Shown here piece after piece: positions 1-10,475 of a DNA stretch of 64,000 nt. The translations under genes and the position numbers were made by a program. The notes beneath the pieces were generated by a model. The model saw only the letters and a list, made by a program, of their open reading frames with translations, did not search any database and was not told where the DNA came from. The stretch lies in the NCBI GenBank assembly GCA_002811645.1, contig PDIP01000130.1:41775-105774 (forward strand), in the 5' to 3' direction. The first letter of the stretch is position 1; each line of letters begins with the position of its first letter. This DNA is from Corallochytrium limacisporum Hawaii. Lineage: Eukaryota; Protista; Pluriformea.

Positions 1-1748
1 CGATGTGTTCAATGTCAAGCCAAAGTCAAAATAGTCCTTTTTTGAGAGTAGCAGGGACTCTTCGTTTGAATCAGCTATTGAAATATTTGTGCATGATTGT
101 TAAAAAGAGCAAAATATAATGAAATAGAATAGAATCAATATAAATTATTATACAATCAAGATTGAAAAAGATCCTCGGGAGTCAAGTTTTTCGGAGTTTT
201 GACCCTGACATACCAGACAGAGGGTGGTACACAGTCAGACAGAAGCACTTGACGGATGTCTCAAATGGCGGGAGACTACATATTGAAGTCTATATGATGT
301 TACACAAGCACGCCAGGGCCTTACTCCCCGGTCATGACCCTTGCTCCAGCCCATCGGAGCGACTACCGTTCAACTGGTACAATAGTTTGCCAACGGTGCA
401 CTAAATCCACTCGACTGCTGAACCCTGTGCTCCTGCTGTTCCTGTCCCTTTTCGCTCGTAATGGCTATAGAACTGCGACTGCATTGTGGTAGCGGTGCCA
501 GGCTCCCTGGCCGCTTCCTCGATGGGTGCGCTACTTCGACGAGGATACGCTAGGGACCGGTTTTGCAAAGGGGTTAACTGCACTGTGTTTGGTATGGCTG
601 CCAGAATGGAATCGAACGGAAGCCAATGGCGCCAGCACTCACTTGAATTTCCGAGAGTGGAACAGCACCACTGGGTTAAGAAAAAATTTTGGCCTTCATC
701 AGCTGAAATCGCCGACCCTAAATCTTCTACTATACAGTAGCATACCCCACACTGGCTCACTCCTCAGCCTTGGAATGTAAGGAGCGTAGCACACACACAC
801 ACCCCACCCTTCCCGCCCTTCTTTTATACGTACGTATGACTACGAACCGACACTCCCAACAAGCAACTGTCACATTCATTGAAGGAGCCCCTTGGCAACG
901 GTAGAAGTGGCCAAACGTTGCGGGACCGGGAAATAAGGGAGGGTGGACCGTTGGAACGAAGCCGGGCACACTGCCCTGCGCTGCTTCTCTGTGCTCGACG
1001 TTATGAGTGAATTTCCACGGACGGGACGACCATGACGATGATGACTCCTTGTAAAGGTGTGCACTTGGCTGGGCAGTCACACCAACGAGTTAAACGGCCA
1101 AGAAACAGAGAGCGAGCAAGGGGGTGGTACTGCCAACGCGGCCGGGCAGCCAGCGAGCACTGCGGGCCCTACCCGTTCGGACACCACTGCTTACTTGGGG
1201 ACGGAGTGGAAGGAGACCAGGGCTTGGGCGGAGGATAGGAAGACGAGGAGGAGGGTGACTCCATCAGTTTGCATCGCAAAGGACGTGCACGGAACAGCCA
1301 AATTGAGAATGGAGGGCAACGAAATATGCGGCTCCCAAACTGTCGAGCAGGGGGGGGCCCAGTAAGCGACAAGGCAATCACGGACAAGAAGGGAAACGGG
1401 ACGATCCCATCGCCATCCAGGGAATAAAGATGTAAACAGACAGTAAGTTTGATTTAACTGATAATGGTTGATTGGCTAAAGAAATGCTTGCTCATGTTGC
1501 GCAGAGCGCCCACCAACTCAAGAGCATCAACATCAGCTACGAAAGAAGTTAAGCATTTCCAGTCAGTGTACCTTCCAAATCGCTCTGAAAATTGTTAACA
1601 GTTTACACGAAACGGGAAACCCACACTTGGGCTTGCAGTAGGTTTGGCAGGATCTCTTTGAGCGGAGAATTCAAGGTGCATTCAGTGGTCACGAGTAAGG
1701 GACCAGTTTATAGATATCATATAGGATACGAAAGAGAGAAAAGTTATC

Positions 1749-2396
1749 ATGGGCAAAGTGAGCCCCCCAACACACATCAGCGTCATAACGCGGCAGCGTC
1801 GGGCCCATACTGCCCAGAACATATTCCTTTTCGTTTTTGTTGGATGGGCGGTATGCTCTGCAATTCCGTATATTTGGCACGCAACGGAGCTCAGTGTCGG
1901 TGATCCTGAACAGGAAATGAATCTCGGATACTGGCAGGCCTGCACAGGGTCCCCAGTGGTCCCCAGTGAGGAGCAGAATGATCTTGTGCTGAGCAAAGGT
2001 TGCGGTGTCATCGATGGCAAATGCTTGGTCCAAGTAGAAGCCGGTAACTTCCGCGTTGTGCAGTCCGACGATGCATGCACAAGTTTCACAGTGACACGAG
2101 GCCTTGTTCTTCTTGCGGGTGCGAGTCTACTGGTGCTTTGTATCATTTCCTGCTGTACCAACAATTGGCTTACTTTACGTGCAGTGATTGCTGGCGAAGG
2201 CTTTGCTTGTTGCCTAACAGTGGTGTACTACAACAATGCACTAATCCAAGACGGATTACGAGGGGACACCAAGCTCTACTACGCGCATTGGGCCCTATTT
2301 GTAGTCACTATCATATACTTCCTTGGCTTTTTGGTGCATGTGTCAGCCTTCACCAAGGTGGATATCCGCGATCTCCCCCCACGGGGGTCAGTATAA
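1749..2396 (+). CDS. Four-TM membrane protein, PMP22/claudin-like superfamily
   Basis: 215 aa with four hydrophobic segments. The first extracellular loop has W...LGYWQAC...C, resembling the claudin W-GLW-C-C signature. Start context is atcATGg. Confidence 0.65.
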   Translation: MGKVSPPTHISVITRQRRAHTAQNIFLFVFVGWAVCSAIPYIWHATELSVGDPEQEMNLGYWQACTGSPVVPSEEQNDLVLSKGCGVIDGKCLVQVEAGNFRVVQSDDACTSFTVTRGLVLLAGASLLVLCIISCCTNNWLTLRAVIAGEGFACCLTVVYYNNALIQDGLRGDTKLYYAHWALFVVTIIYFLGFLVHVSAFTKVDIRDLPPRGSV

Positions 2397-2976
2397 AGAT
2401 ACAGAATTTGACGATATTGATATATGAGAGTGAACCAGAACACATTCGCTGTAAGCTTTTCTGACCATGAAGCAATGAGGAAAACCCCGTAGACTCTGAA
2501 TCAAAGCTTGTACTAGCAAATGCAGTCACTGCAGATCACTGCCACTACAACACAAAATTTTGAATGAGATTAGCTGGGAGTGCCAAGTTGTAAATCGGCA
2601 TTCAGAGCCCCGTGAGCAAAGAAATAGCTGTATTCCTGCTGTGCAATTAAATTCCTTCTCAAGAGTTTAGTTTGTATTGTAAATATCAGTCATCAATCCA
2701 AATTCTATTTTCTGGTGTACACTTTTATTTGAACACATGATGTTTCTACGGTCCAAAACTATGATTCCAAATCCACTTGTAAGCTTTCAGCAGGAATCTG
2801 GTCCATGGGAGGCCTATAATTGAGAAGTATCCAGGAATTTGAATTATATTCTATTTATGCCTTATGTCTATTTCTATTGAATTCTAGACTTGAACGTCTA
2901 ATGTATTGAATTTGGTGCATGCCAATATTATCCATTGTACTACAATTCAGTCTGCCACTATCCAACTGGCGTGAAT

Positions 2977-3906
2977 TTAGTTGAAAGCACCACTGAGGAC
3001 TAGTTCAACTGCTGCGTTTACATCTCCACTTGTTGCAATTAAAGCTCGGATATTCAACGCACGGTCTGTAAATCCCATAGAAGACATCATATCCAGTTCT
3101 GACGCAAAGCGTTCCTCATAGTTCACTTGTTCTGCAGGGGCTTCGCGAGCAGCAGAGGGGGTGTCTCCTGCTTCTGCTACTGCTTCTGCCCCTGCTGGTG
3201 CTCCCATCATTCCGCTAGCGGCGCCAGGCGGGATGTTTGCCATATTGATACCATCTACACCCTGAGCTGCCCGATCCTCTAAACCCAGACGACGGATCAC
3301 ATTTGACAAAGCACCACTCAACTGCTCTCGGTTCACAATGGGCTCGGCAGGTGTGTCATCACCAAAACCTCCTTCGCCCATTGCCTGTGCCAGGGCCTGT
3401 TCAGCACCCGGATTTGCAAGCAGGTGCTGCACCTGCTCCTGAAATTGAGGGTCATCGACCCATGGACGCAGGGCAGGGTTCATGGCCAAGATCTGTTCAC
3501 GCATTTGTGGATCACTGAGAGCAAGGAGGATGTCACGCATGCTCTGCCCACGACCTTCACCTATGTCACCCATCATCTCAGCACCTGCACCTGTACCAGC
3601 AGCGCCTCCGCCACTTGCCGCCGCACCACCCGTCTGACGGGCTCCACTGGAAGCCTGTCCTTGCCTCGATGCTCCGCCAGACTTCACCATGTGCAAATTT
3701 GCGCCGTCCTGAACCCCGCAAGATTCTAAAGTTTGCTCATCCTTCAACACCTGCCCTAAGAAAATTAGACGCTGAGACTCTGGAGCAACGTTAAGCTCGG
3801 GTTGTATGCGCTCCTTCAATTCCCGTACAGTGCTACTGAGCTCCACATCCTCGACAACTATCGATTTGTTACCCACTGAGGGCGCCTTAATATTAATTTT
3901 CACCAT
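2977..3906 (-). CDS. DSK2: UBL-UBA shuttle protein (Dsk2/ubiquilin-like)
   Basis: N-terminal UBL (QRLIFLGQVLKDEQTL), STI1-like MNPALR segment, C-terminal UBA (MGFTDRALNIRALIATSGDVNAAVE). Start chosen at ATG 3906 (atcATGg); another in-frame ATG lies at 3954. Confidence 0.9.
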   Translation of the reverse strand: MVKINIKAPSVGNKSIVVEDVELSSTVRELKERIQPELNVAPESQRLIFLGQVLKDEQTLESCGVQDGANLHMVKSGGASRQGQASSGARQTGGAAASGGGAAGTGAGAEMMGDIGEGRGQSMRDILLALSDPQMREQILAMNPALRPWVDDPQFQEQVQHLLANPGAEQALAQAMGEGGFGDDTPAEPIVNREQLSGALSNVIRRLGLEDRAAQGVDGINMANIPPGAASGMMGAPAGAEAVAEAGDTPSAAREAPAEQVNYEERFASELDMMSSMGFTDRALNIRALIATSGDVNAAVELVLSGAFN

Positions 3907-5526
3907 GATACACTTGATGAAGATCTGACGTATTGTGTAGTTGAGCCTGCTCATATTTTTGCTCAACTACGGTTCTTAAACACTCTAAAACTCTACCCTT
4001 AAATTCCTGTTGCACACACAACACCTGGTGGGGAGCACACGTCCATGCGTGGGGCAAATATTACAATCAATGCCTTCCTTCGGTCATACGACAGACCCGG
4101 CATCTTCGGTTCGTGAGCTGCAACGAGTGTGGTTGGATGAGGGCGTACCGAATGCCAACCTTTCACTCTTCAGACTCCCCGCTTCCTCGCAATTTTCTAG
4201 TTCACAGAGTTCTAACTCCCGCTCTGCTGCTACCCAACCGCACAGGAGAAACACCCCGCTGTGTCTAGTAAGGCGCGGCACTCAACTACTATAATATCCT
4301 TCACGAAGGAAATTTGGGTTACTGAGTGCTGAATCTCGCGATATGTGTGTTCGCATTGAATTTGAGGACAAGGATGAACCACCCAGTTCCAATATTATAA
4401 GCTTCCGGTATATGTATAACTAACATAATAGTATATTGTTTAAGAATTCAGTATATTTTTTTACACGCACACGCTCAGACGCAACCAAGTCTTGGTTCTC
4501 GAGGGGCTGAAGAAAAAGCCACCCAGCTCAAAAACGAGTATACACAAGCAACAGCTGCCTCACAGTCTCGCGCCCAAAAAAATGATAAACACCGCCGGCG
4601 GCAGCTGAGCGCAACTGAGAACGAGAATCGGGAGGTGAATTTGGAGACCAGTCAGCCCGCAAACCTCCATCTATTGTACTCTGGTGTTTGTCCAGGTGCT
4701 GACGACTATTGAAAAGGAACAACACATGCGGAGTCGAGTACCGTAGAGTGCACTGTGGGTTGGGATCTACACGCCTCTTTCGTGACACACACAGTGTGCC
4801 AATAGACGTGTGCCTGGGTGCAACGGTGACGAATGACCCTTGCTCGTTGTACAGCACGAGCGAGTACGGATGCTGAAATCGGGACCGGAACAATACAGCG
4901 CGCTGTTCATACTTAAGCTGTGGCAGACGGGATGTACTAGCTGGTCCAGTGCGTAAATAACGAGTAATGAGGACGCGATGAAAAAAATGGGGAGTGTGGG
5001 GGAAGAGAGACACAACTGCACGGGAGGGCGATGGGGCCAGCGGTTGGGATGCACATTTGCTGCACCCTTGACTTTCAATGGCACCTGCGATCGTACAATT
5101 CCCTCGGCATGTACACACCAAGACCGGCAGGGGAAAGAGATTGCACTTTGCGACCGGTGCTTGGGCAGAATTGTGTCAAAATGCGAGGTCAACGTGACTA
5201 CCTTGTACCAGCAAACTGCTGATCGACTAGGATATTTGAAGTCTGCCTCCAATGAAGTGCACAATTTGTATGTCATCGCATAACCTTACACGGACGAAGG
5301 ACTTCAGGACCTTAGGACGTGGTGTGATAATTTGTTGCTCCACGTAAGAGTAAAACTGTTTGCGACTTGACTTCTCGTGAATTCAAGTCAGCAAACCTTC
5401 CACTAGAATACTCTATCACTTGTAATCATTGGGAAGCGACCGGCAAACTCCGATTCCCCACCTGGAGCAGCCACCGAAGAGCAACAACGTAAGAGACTGT
5501 CCGCAAGCCTTTCACAACCTTCGACC

Positions 5527-8500
5527 ATGAGCGACAGAAACGCCAACGGTGCCTCCTCCGGTGGGCAAGCCGGAGAGATTGACGAAAGCCTGTACAGTCG
5601 TCAGCTGTACGTGCTCGGCAAGGAAGCCATGCAGCGAATGTCTGGTGCCAACGTTCTGATCTCTGGTGTTGGTGGCCTTGGTTTGGAAATTGCCAAGAAT
5701 GTAGTCCTGGCGGGTGTCAAATCTGTGACAATTCAGGATGATAAGGTAGCCCAGTGGTCAGACCTTAGCTCTCAGTACTATTTGAGCGAGAGCGACATCG
5801 GACAGAACCGTGCTACTGTAACTGTGCCCAAGTTACAGGAACTGAACTCGTACGTGAACCTGAACTGCGAACCGGGACCGCTTACCAACGATTTGTTGGA
5901 TCGCCACAATATTATCGTGCTCACGGATGCGACCCTGGATGAGCAACTCAAGGTCAACGCGTACTGTCGCTCCTCGCAGCCCCAGAAATCATTCATTGGT
6001 GCCCGCATTGCCGGTTTGGCTGGCAGTGTCTTCTGCGACTTTGGTGATAAATTCGTTGTGTATGATACTGACGGCAACCAGCCTGTGTCTGTGATGATCT
6101 CCAGTGTCGATGAGGAAGGTGTGGTGACCTGTCTGGATGAATCTCGTCACGGTCTGGAAGACGGCGACTACGTTAGCTTCAAGGAAGTCGAAGGTATGCC
6201 GGCTCTGAATGACAGCACTCCCAAGAAGATTACTGTGAAGGGTCCCTATACTTTCAGCATCGGGGATGTGACTGGTCTTGGTACTTATGTACAGGGTGGT
6301 ATTGTGACCCAGGTCAAGATGCCAAAGGAGATCTCCTTCAAGTCTCTAGAGACTTCCCTCAAGACTCCTGAGTTTACCGAGACCGATTTCGCCAAGTTTG
6401 GCCGTCCCCAAACTCTGCATCTCTGTTTCCAGGCTCTGAGCAAGTTCCAAGCTGATAATGGTCGTTTGCCTGGTCCGCGCAACGCTGGAGATGCTGCTCA
6501 GTTCCTTACAATTGTGAAAGCTATTAACGAGGCCGCGGGTGATGCCAAGACAGACGAAATCGACGAAAAGACTGTAGAGCTCTTCAGTTTCACCGCTGCT
6601 GGTAACTTGGCTCCTATGTGTGCAGTGTTTGGTGGTATGGCCGCCCAGGAGGTACTCAAGGCGTCCAGCGGTAAATTCGGACCAATTCAGGGATTTCTGT
6701 ATTTCGATGCCTATGAGTGTCTACCCGAGGCTGAACTTGGACACACCATCACTGAAGAGGATGTTACTGCCCAGAACAACAGGTACGATGGTCAGACAGC
6801 TGTGTTTGGGAAGAAATTCCAGGAAATGATCGGAAACGCCAGGGTTTTCACTGTGGGTGCAGGTGCAATCGGTTGCGAGCTGTTGAAAATCTACGCGGCC
6901 ACAGGTCTGGCATCAGGTGCAGACGGCAAAGTCTTTGTCACCGATATGGATGCGATTGAACGCAGCAACCTAAATCGCCAGTTTCTGTTCAGACCCAAGG
7001 ATGTGGGTAGCTTCAAATCAGAGGTAGCTGCGGAAGCTGTAAAGGCCATGAACCCGAACCTGAACATAGAAACTAAGCGTGAGCGAGTGGGTCAGGATAC
7101 CGAGAACATATTCAGCGATGATTTCTTCGACAACTTGACCTTGGTCTGCAATGCTTTAGACAATGTCGACGCGCGACTGTATATGGACCGTCGCTGTGTG
7201 TACTACCGCAAACCTCTTCTAGAGAGTGGTACACTGGGCACCAGCTGCAACACCCAGGTGGTCATCCCTCATCTGACCGAGTCCTACTCTTCCTCCCAAG
7301 ACCCGCCGGAGAAGTCCATTCCCATCTGCACCCTGAAGAACTTCCCGAATCAGATCCAGCACACCATCCAGTGGGCCCGTGATTTGTTTGAAGGGATCTA
7401 CACTCAGCAGCCCGAGAGTGCCCAACACTACATCGAAGACCCCGACTTTGTTGACCGCCAGATGAAACAGAGTCAGCAGCAGGCCCTGGAGGCTCTGTTG
7501 CATGTTCAGGATCTGCTCCAGACGAACAAGCCTCACACCTTCGAGGACTGCGTCAGCTGGGCCCGCCTGAAGTTTGAGGAACTCTTCCACAACCAAATCA
7601 AACAGCTCCTCTACAACTTCCCCCCTGACCAGATGACTTCCACTGGACAGCCCTTCTGGAGTGGGCCAAAGCGAGTGCCTTCCCCGATGGTCTTTGATCT
7701 AAATAACCCTCTACATTTCGAATTTGTGAGAAGCGGTGCTGTTCTCCGGGCCGAGAACTTTGGCATTGAGCCCGAACCACAGAACATTGAAAAGATTAAG
7801 CAAGTTGTGGACAACATGATGATTCCCGAATTCCAACCCAAGGCTGGTGTGAAGATCCAGGCTAATGAGAACGACGAGAGTGCCCCGGATCCCACTGCTC
7901 AGGGTGTGACTCCCGAGGAAGTGATGGAAAAACTACCAAACCGCGACCAGCTGTCCTCTGTTAAGATCACCCCTCTAGAGTTCGAGAAAGATGATGACAC
8001 TAATTTCCACATGGAGTTTATCACCAGTGCGTCTAACCTTCGTGCAGCAAACTACCGTATCGATCCGGCCGATAAGACCGAGACCAAGCGCATTGCTGGT
8101 CGGATTATCCCAGCAATTGCCACCACCACAGCCATGGTGGTCGGTTTTGTGGGTCTGGAGATGTTTAAGGTCATTTGGGGTCAGCAGAAGATCGAGTCTT
8201 ACAAGAATGGATACTGTAATCTGGCCCTGCCGCTTTTCACATCCTCCGAGCCTATGCCGGCTCCGAAGCTCAAATACTACGATACTGAATGGAGTCTTTG
8301 GGATCGTTTCGACCTGAAGGGACCCATGACCCTTAAGGAATTTATTGACTACTTCCAGGACCAGAAGAAGCTGGAAGTTGGAATGGTTTCTGCTGGGAAC
8401 TCCATGCTGTTTTCCTTTTTCATGCCTGGGAAGAAGCGCGAGGAGCGCATGGGCAAAGGCGTTGAGGCCATCTATGAGGAGGTCACCAAGAAGTCTTTAC

Positions 8501-8598
8501 CTGAACACCAGCAGGCTCTGGTCATGGAGATCATGTGCAACGATGATACCGGAGAAGACGTGGAAGTACCGTATGTGCGGTATCAGATCAGCAAGTGA
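5527..8598 (+). CDS. UBA1: Ubiquitin-activating enzyme E1
   Basis: IDESLYSRQLY, GAGAIGCE, SNLNRQFLF, catalytic PICTLKNFP and C-terminal EDVEVPYVRY. 1023 aa, intronless. A possible non-AUG extension starts at 5428. Confidence 0.98.
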   Translation: MSDRNANGASSGGQAGEIDESLYSRQLYVLGKEAMQRMSGANVLISGVGGLGLEIAKNVVLAGVKSVTIQDDKVAQWSDLSSQYYLSESDIGQNRATVTVPKLQELNSYVNLNCEPGPLTNDLLDRHNIIVLTDATLDEQLKVNAYCRSSQPQKSFIGARIAGLAGSVFCDFGDKFVVYDTDGNQPVSVMISSVDEEGVVTCLDESRHGLEDGDYVSFKEVEGMPALNDSTPKKITVKGPYTFSIGDVTGLGTYVQGGIVTQVKMPKEISFKSLETSLKTPEFTETDFAKFGRPQTLHLCFQALSKFQADNGRLPGPRNAGDAAQFLTIVKAINEAAGDAKTDEIDEKTVELFSFTAAGNLAPMCAVFGGMAAQEVLKASSGKFGPIQGFLYFDAYECLPEAELGHTITEEDVTAQNNRYDGQTAVFGKKFQEMIGNARVFTVGAGAIGCELLKIYAATGLASGADGKVFVTDMDAIERSNLNRQFLFRPKDVGSFKSEVAAEAVKAMNPNLNIETKRERVGQDTENIFSDDFFDNLTLVCNALDNVDARLYMDRRCVYYRKPLLESGTLGTSCNTQVVIPHLTESYSSSQDPPEKSIPICTLKNFPNQIQHTIQWARDLFEGIYTQQPESAQHYIEDPDFVDRQMKQSQQQALEALLHVQDLLQTNKPHTFEDCVSWARLKFEELFHNQIKQLLYNFPPDQMTSTGQPFWSGPKRVPSPMVFDLNNPLHFEFVRSGAVLRAENFGIEPEPQNIEKIKQVVDNMMIPEFQPKAGVKIQANENDESAPDPTAQGVTPEEVMEKLPNRDQLSSVKITPLEFEKDDDTNFHMEFITSASNLRAANYRIDPADKTETKRIAGRIIPAIATTTAMVVGFVGLEMFKVIWGQQKIESYKNGYCNLALPLFTSSEPMPAPKLKYYDTEWSLWDRFDLKGPMTLKEFIDYFQDQKKLEVGMVSAGNSMLFSFFMPGKKREERMGKGVEAIYEEVTKKSLPEHQQALVMEIMCNDDTGEDVEVPYVRYQISK

Positions 8599-10475
8599 GG
8601 AAGAGAGCGCTTCCAATTACTCTGTAAGAGCAGGTGAATTATCCTGTACCGACAATGTTGTCAATAAACCCTAAGAAATTTCAAAACCGAACTTACTGAG
8701 TCAGTCTTTTCCGATATCGTTCTCGTGCTCGCATACTAGTTGAAAAAAGACGGGCAGTCGTCGCTAGAGACGTCACTATTGGGCATTGTATTGACTGAGG
8801 TGAACACAATTCCCTTATACTGGGAATTGAAGACAAAGAGGGTCCAGGCACTCGCTGCCATACAAGTAGGATCTCCGGGTCCCTTCTTACCTTATAGGAA
8901 TTGATCCGCACAGAGGAGACACGCCTGTGATTGCGAGATGGTGTCATGAACGCAATACTATGGTGTGGGGAAGAGCACTGGTGGTATCAGGGTCCTATCC
9001 TTTTAATCAAGCCAAAGTGTAGGACTGTTGGAAATTTATATCATTGTCGAAGGAACGTCTGGGATCCCGGCTGGAAGATGACTAAGGGACTCTTATTTAC
9101 AAGACATTGTACTTCAAACAATGGCTGGTTTCAGCCTATCAGTAGGACGTACGTACCCCACTGAGTGTGCTAGCTAAACCAGCACTCATGAACCAACTCA
9201 CCGTCTCTCTCCTCTCCCAAACTCCAGACGAGAGATGTAGCATTTCTGTCTCCAATCGAAGCGGATAATGACTCATTGAGGTGAGACAGTGCCGCCGCTC
9301 AAGGGCATCGGTTCCCCCTCTGCGCTTGTTCAACTTTTCAAACCCCTCGCCTCCTTTCAATTCCGCTGGTTTTTCATAAATTCAATGCGGAAAGCAGCCT
9401 CAGGGTTTCTGCCAAAGAAGGAAACTATTGCGACAACGAGCACGTTGGAAGAGTTTCGTGTCAACAGTGACGAGTATGGGGGTGAAAAAGTTGAGCTTTG
9501 TAGAATGGCATTCTGCACGTAAGAGTTATTACGCAGAAAATGCCCGCGCCACACAAGCAGCGGCACTTCCAACTGCTCAGACAGAGCACACCTGCCTTTA
9601 CCGTGATCACCGGGAACGCGCGAAAAGTTAGCTGTCAAGACCCTGGTTCTCCTCCTCCCCCACCACAAAAGCTTTCCCGCTTGCTGCTGGTATACTCTTG
9701 TCGTTCTGAACCGCGAAACATGCAAGCACATTTTGTCGGGGAAAATCCCAACCATTCCCATTCAGATGCTTCTACTCGCGGTGTCTGCGCAGCAATTCCA
9801 TGCCTCTCCCTTTGCCCATAGCCTATAGGGTCGGGGTATGGGTGATGAGTACCAACTGTCTGAAAAACGGAGATGGCAGATAGGGGTCTGAAACTGTCCC
9901 AATTCTGACGATGTCCATTCCGAGACCACGGATGCAAGAATGGAATTGGTTAATGGCCATCAAGCTTGGTGAATTGATGGTTGGAGTGCGACTACAATGT
10001 AGCCCCTATGCTGGCCGACAGAGACTGAGCTGGACAAGAATTTTTTCACTCTCCCAAACTTTAAGAATATTGTCAACGACTGTGCGTGCGGACCGGGTAA
10101 GCCAGGTGGAAGATCGGACAACGCCGAGCGATATCGTCGGATTATACGGCACACTGGTCGCAGGGCATGGTTGCTATATTGCGGTTCTGATTAGGGTACT
10201 TGGCATCAAGTTGGTGGCCACCGATTTAGTCCGTGAAAGTATTAGTGCAAGGTTCTTGCTACAGAAAGCGTTCCAAGCTAAACCGGAGTCACTGTGTTGC
10301 AGGCGGGTACTGAGTGCAAGACGGGAGTGTATCATAGGCTGACGAGCCCAATCTTCATCGCACCATTTTGTAGAGCAAGGGCCGAAACAGCGCGCAGCTA
10401 TGGGTTAGAATCAAAGCACAGAGACCAGGAGCGACTCTTTTAGTCGGTGTTATTCTGAGACAAACCACAATAGGG

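Noticed and set aside
8959-8979. GVGKST P-loop-like peptide in intergenic DNA
   Set aside because: It lacks the first Gly of GxxxxGK[ST] and lies in a 19-codon frame bounded by stops.
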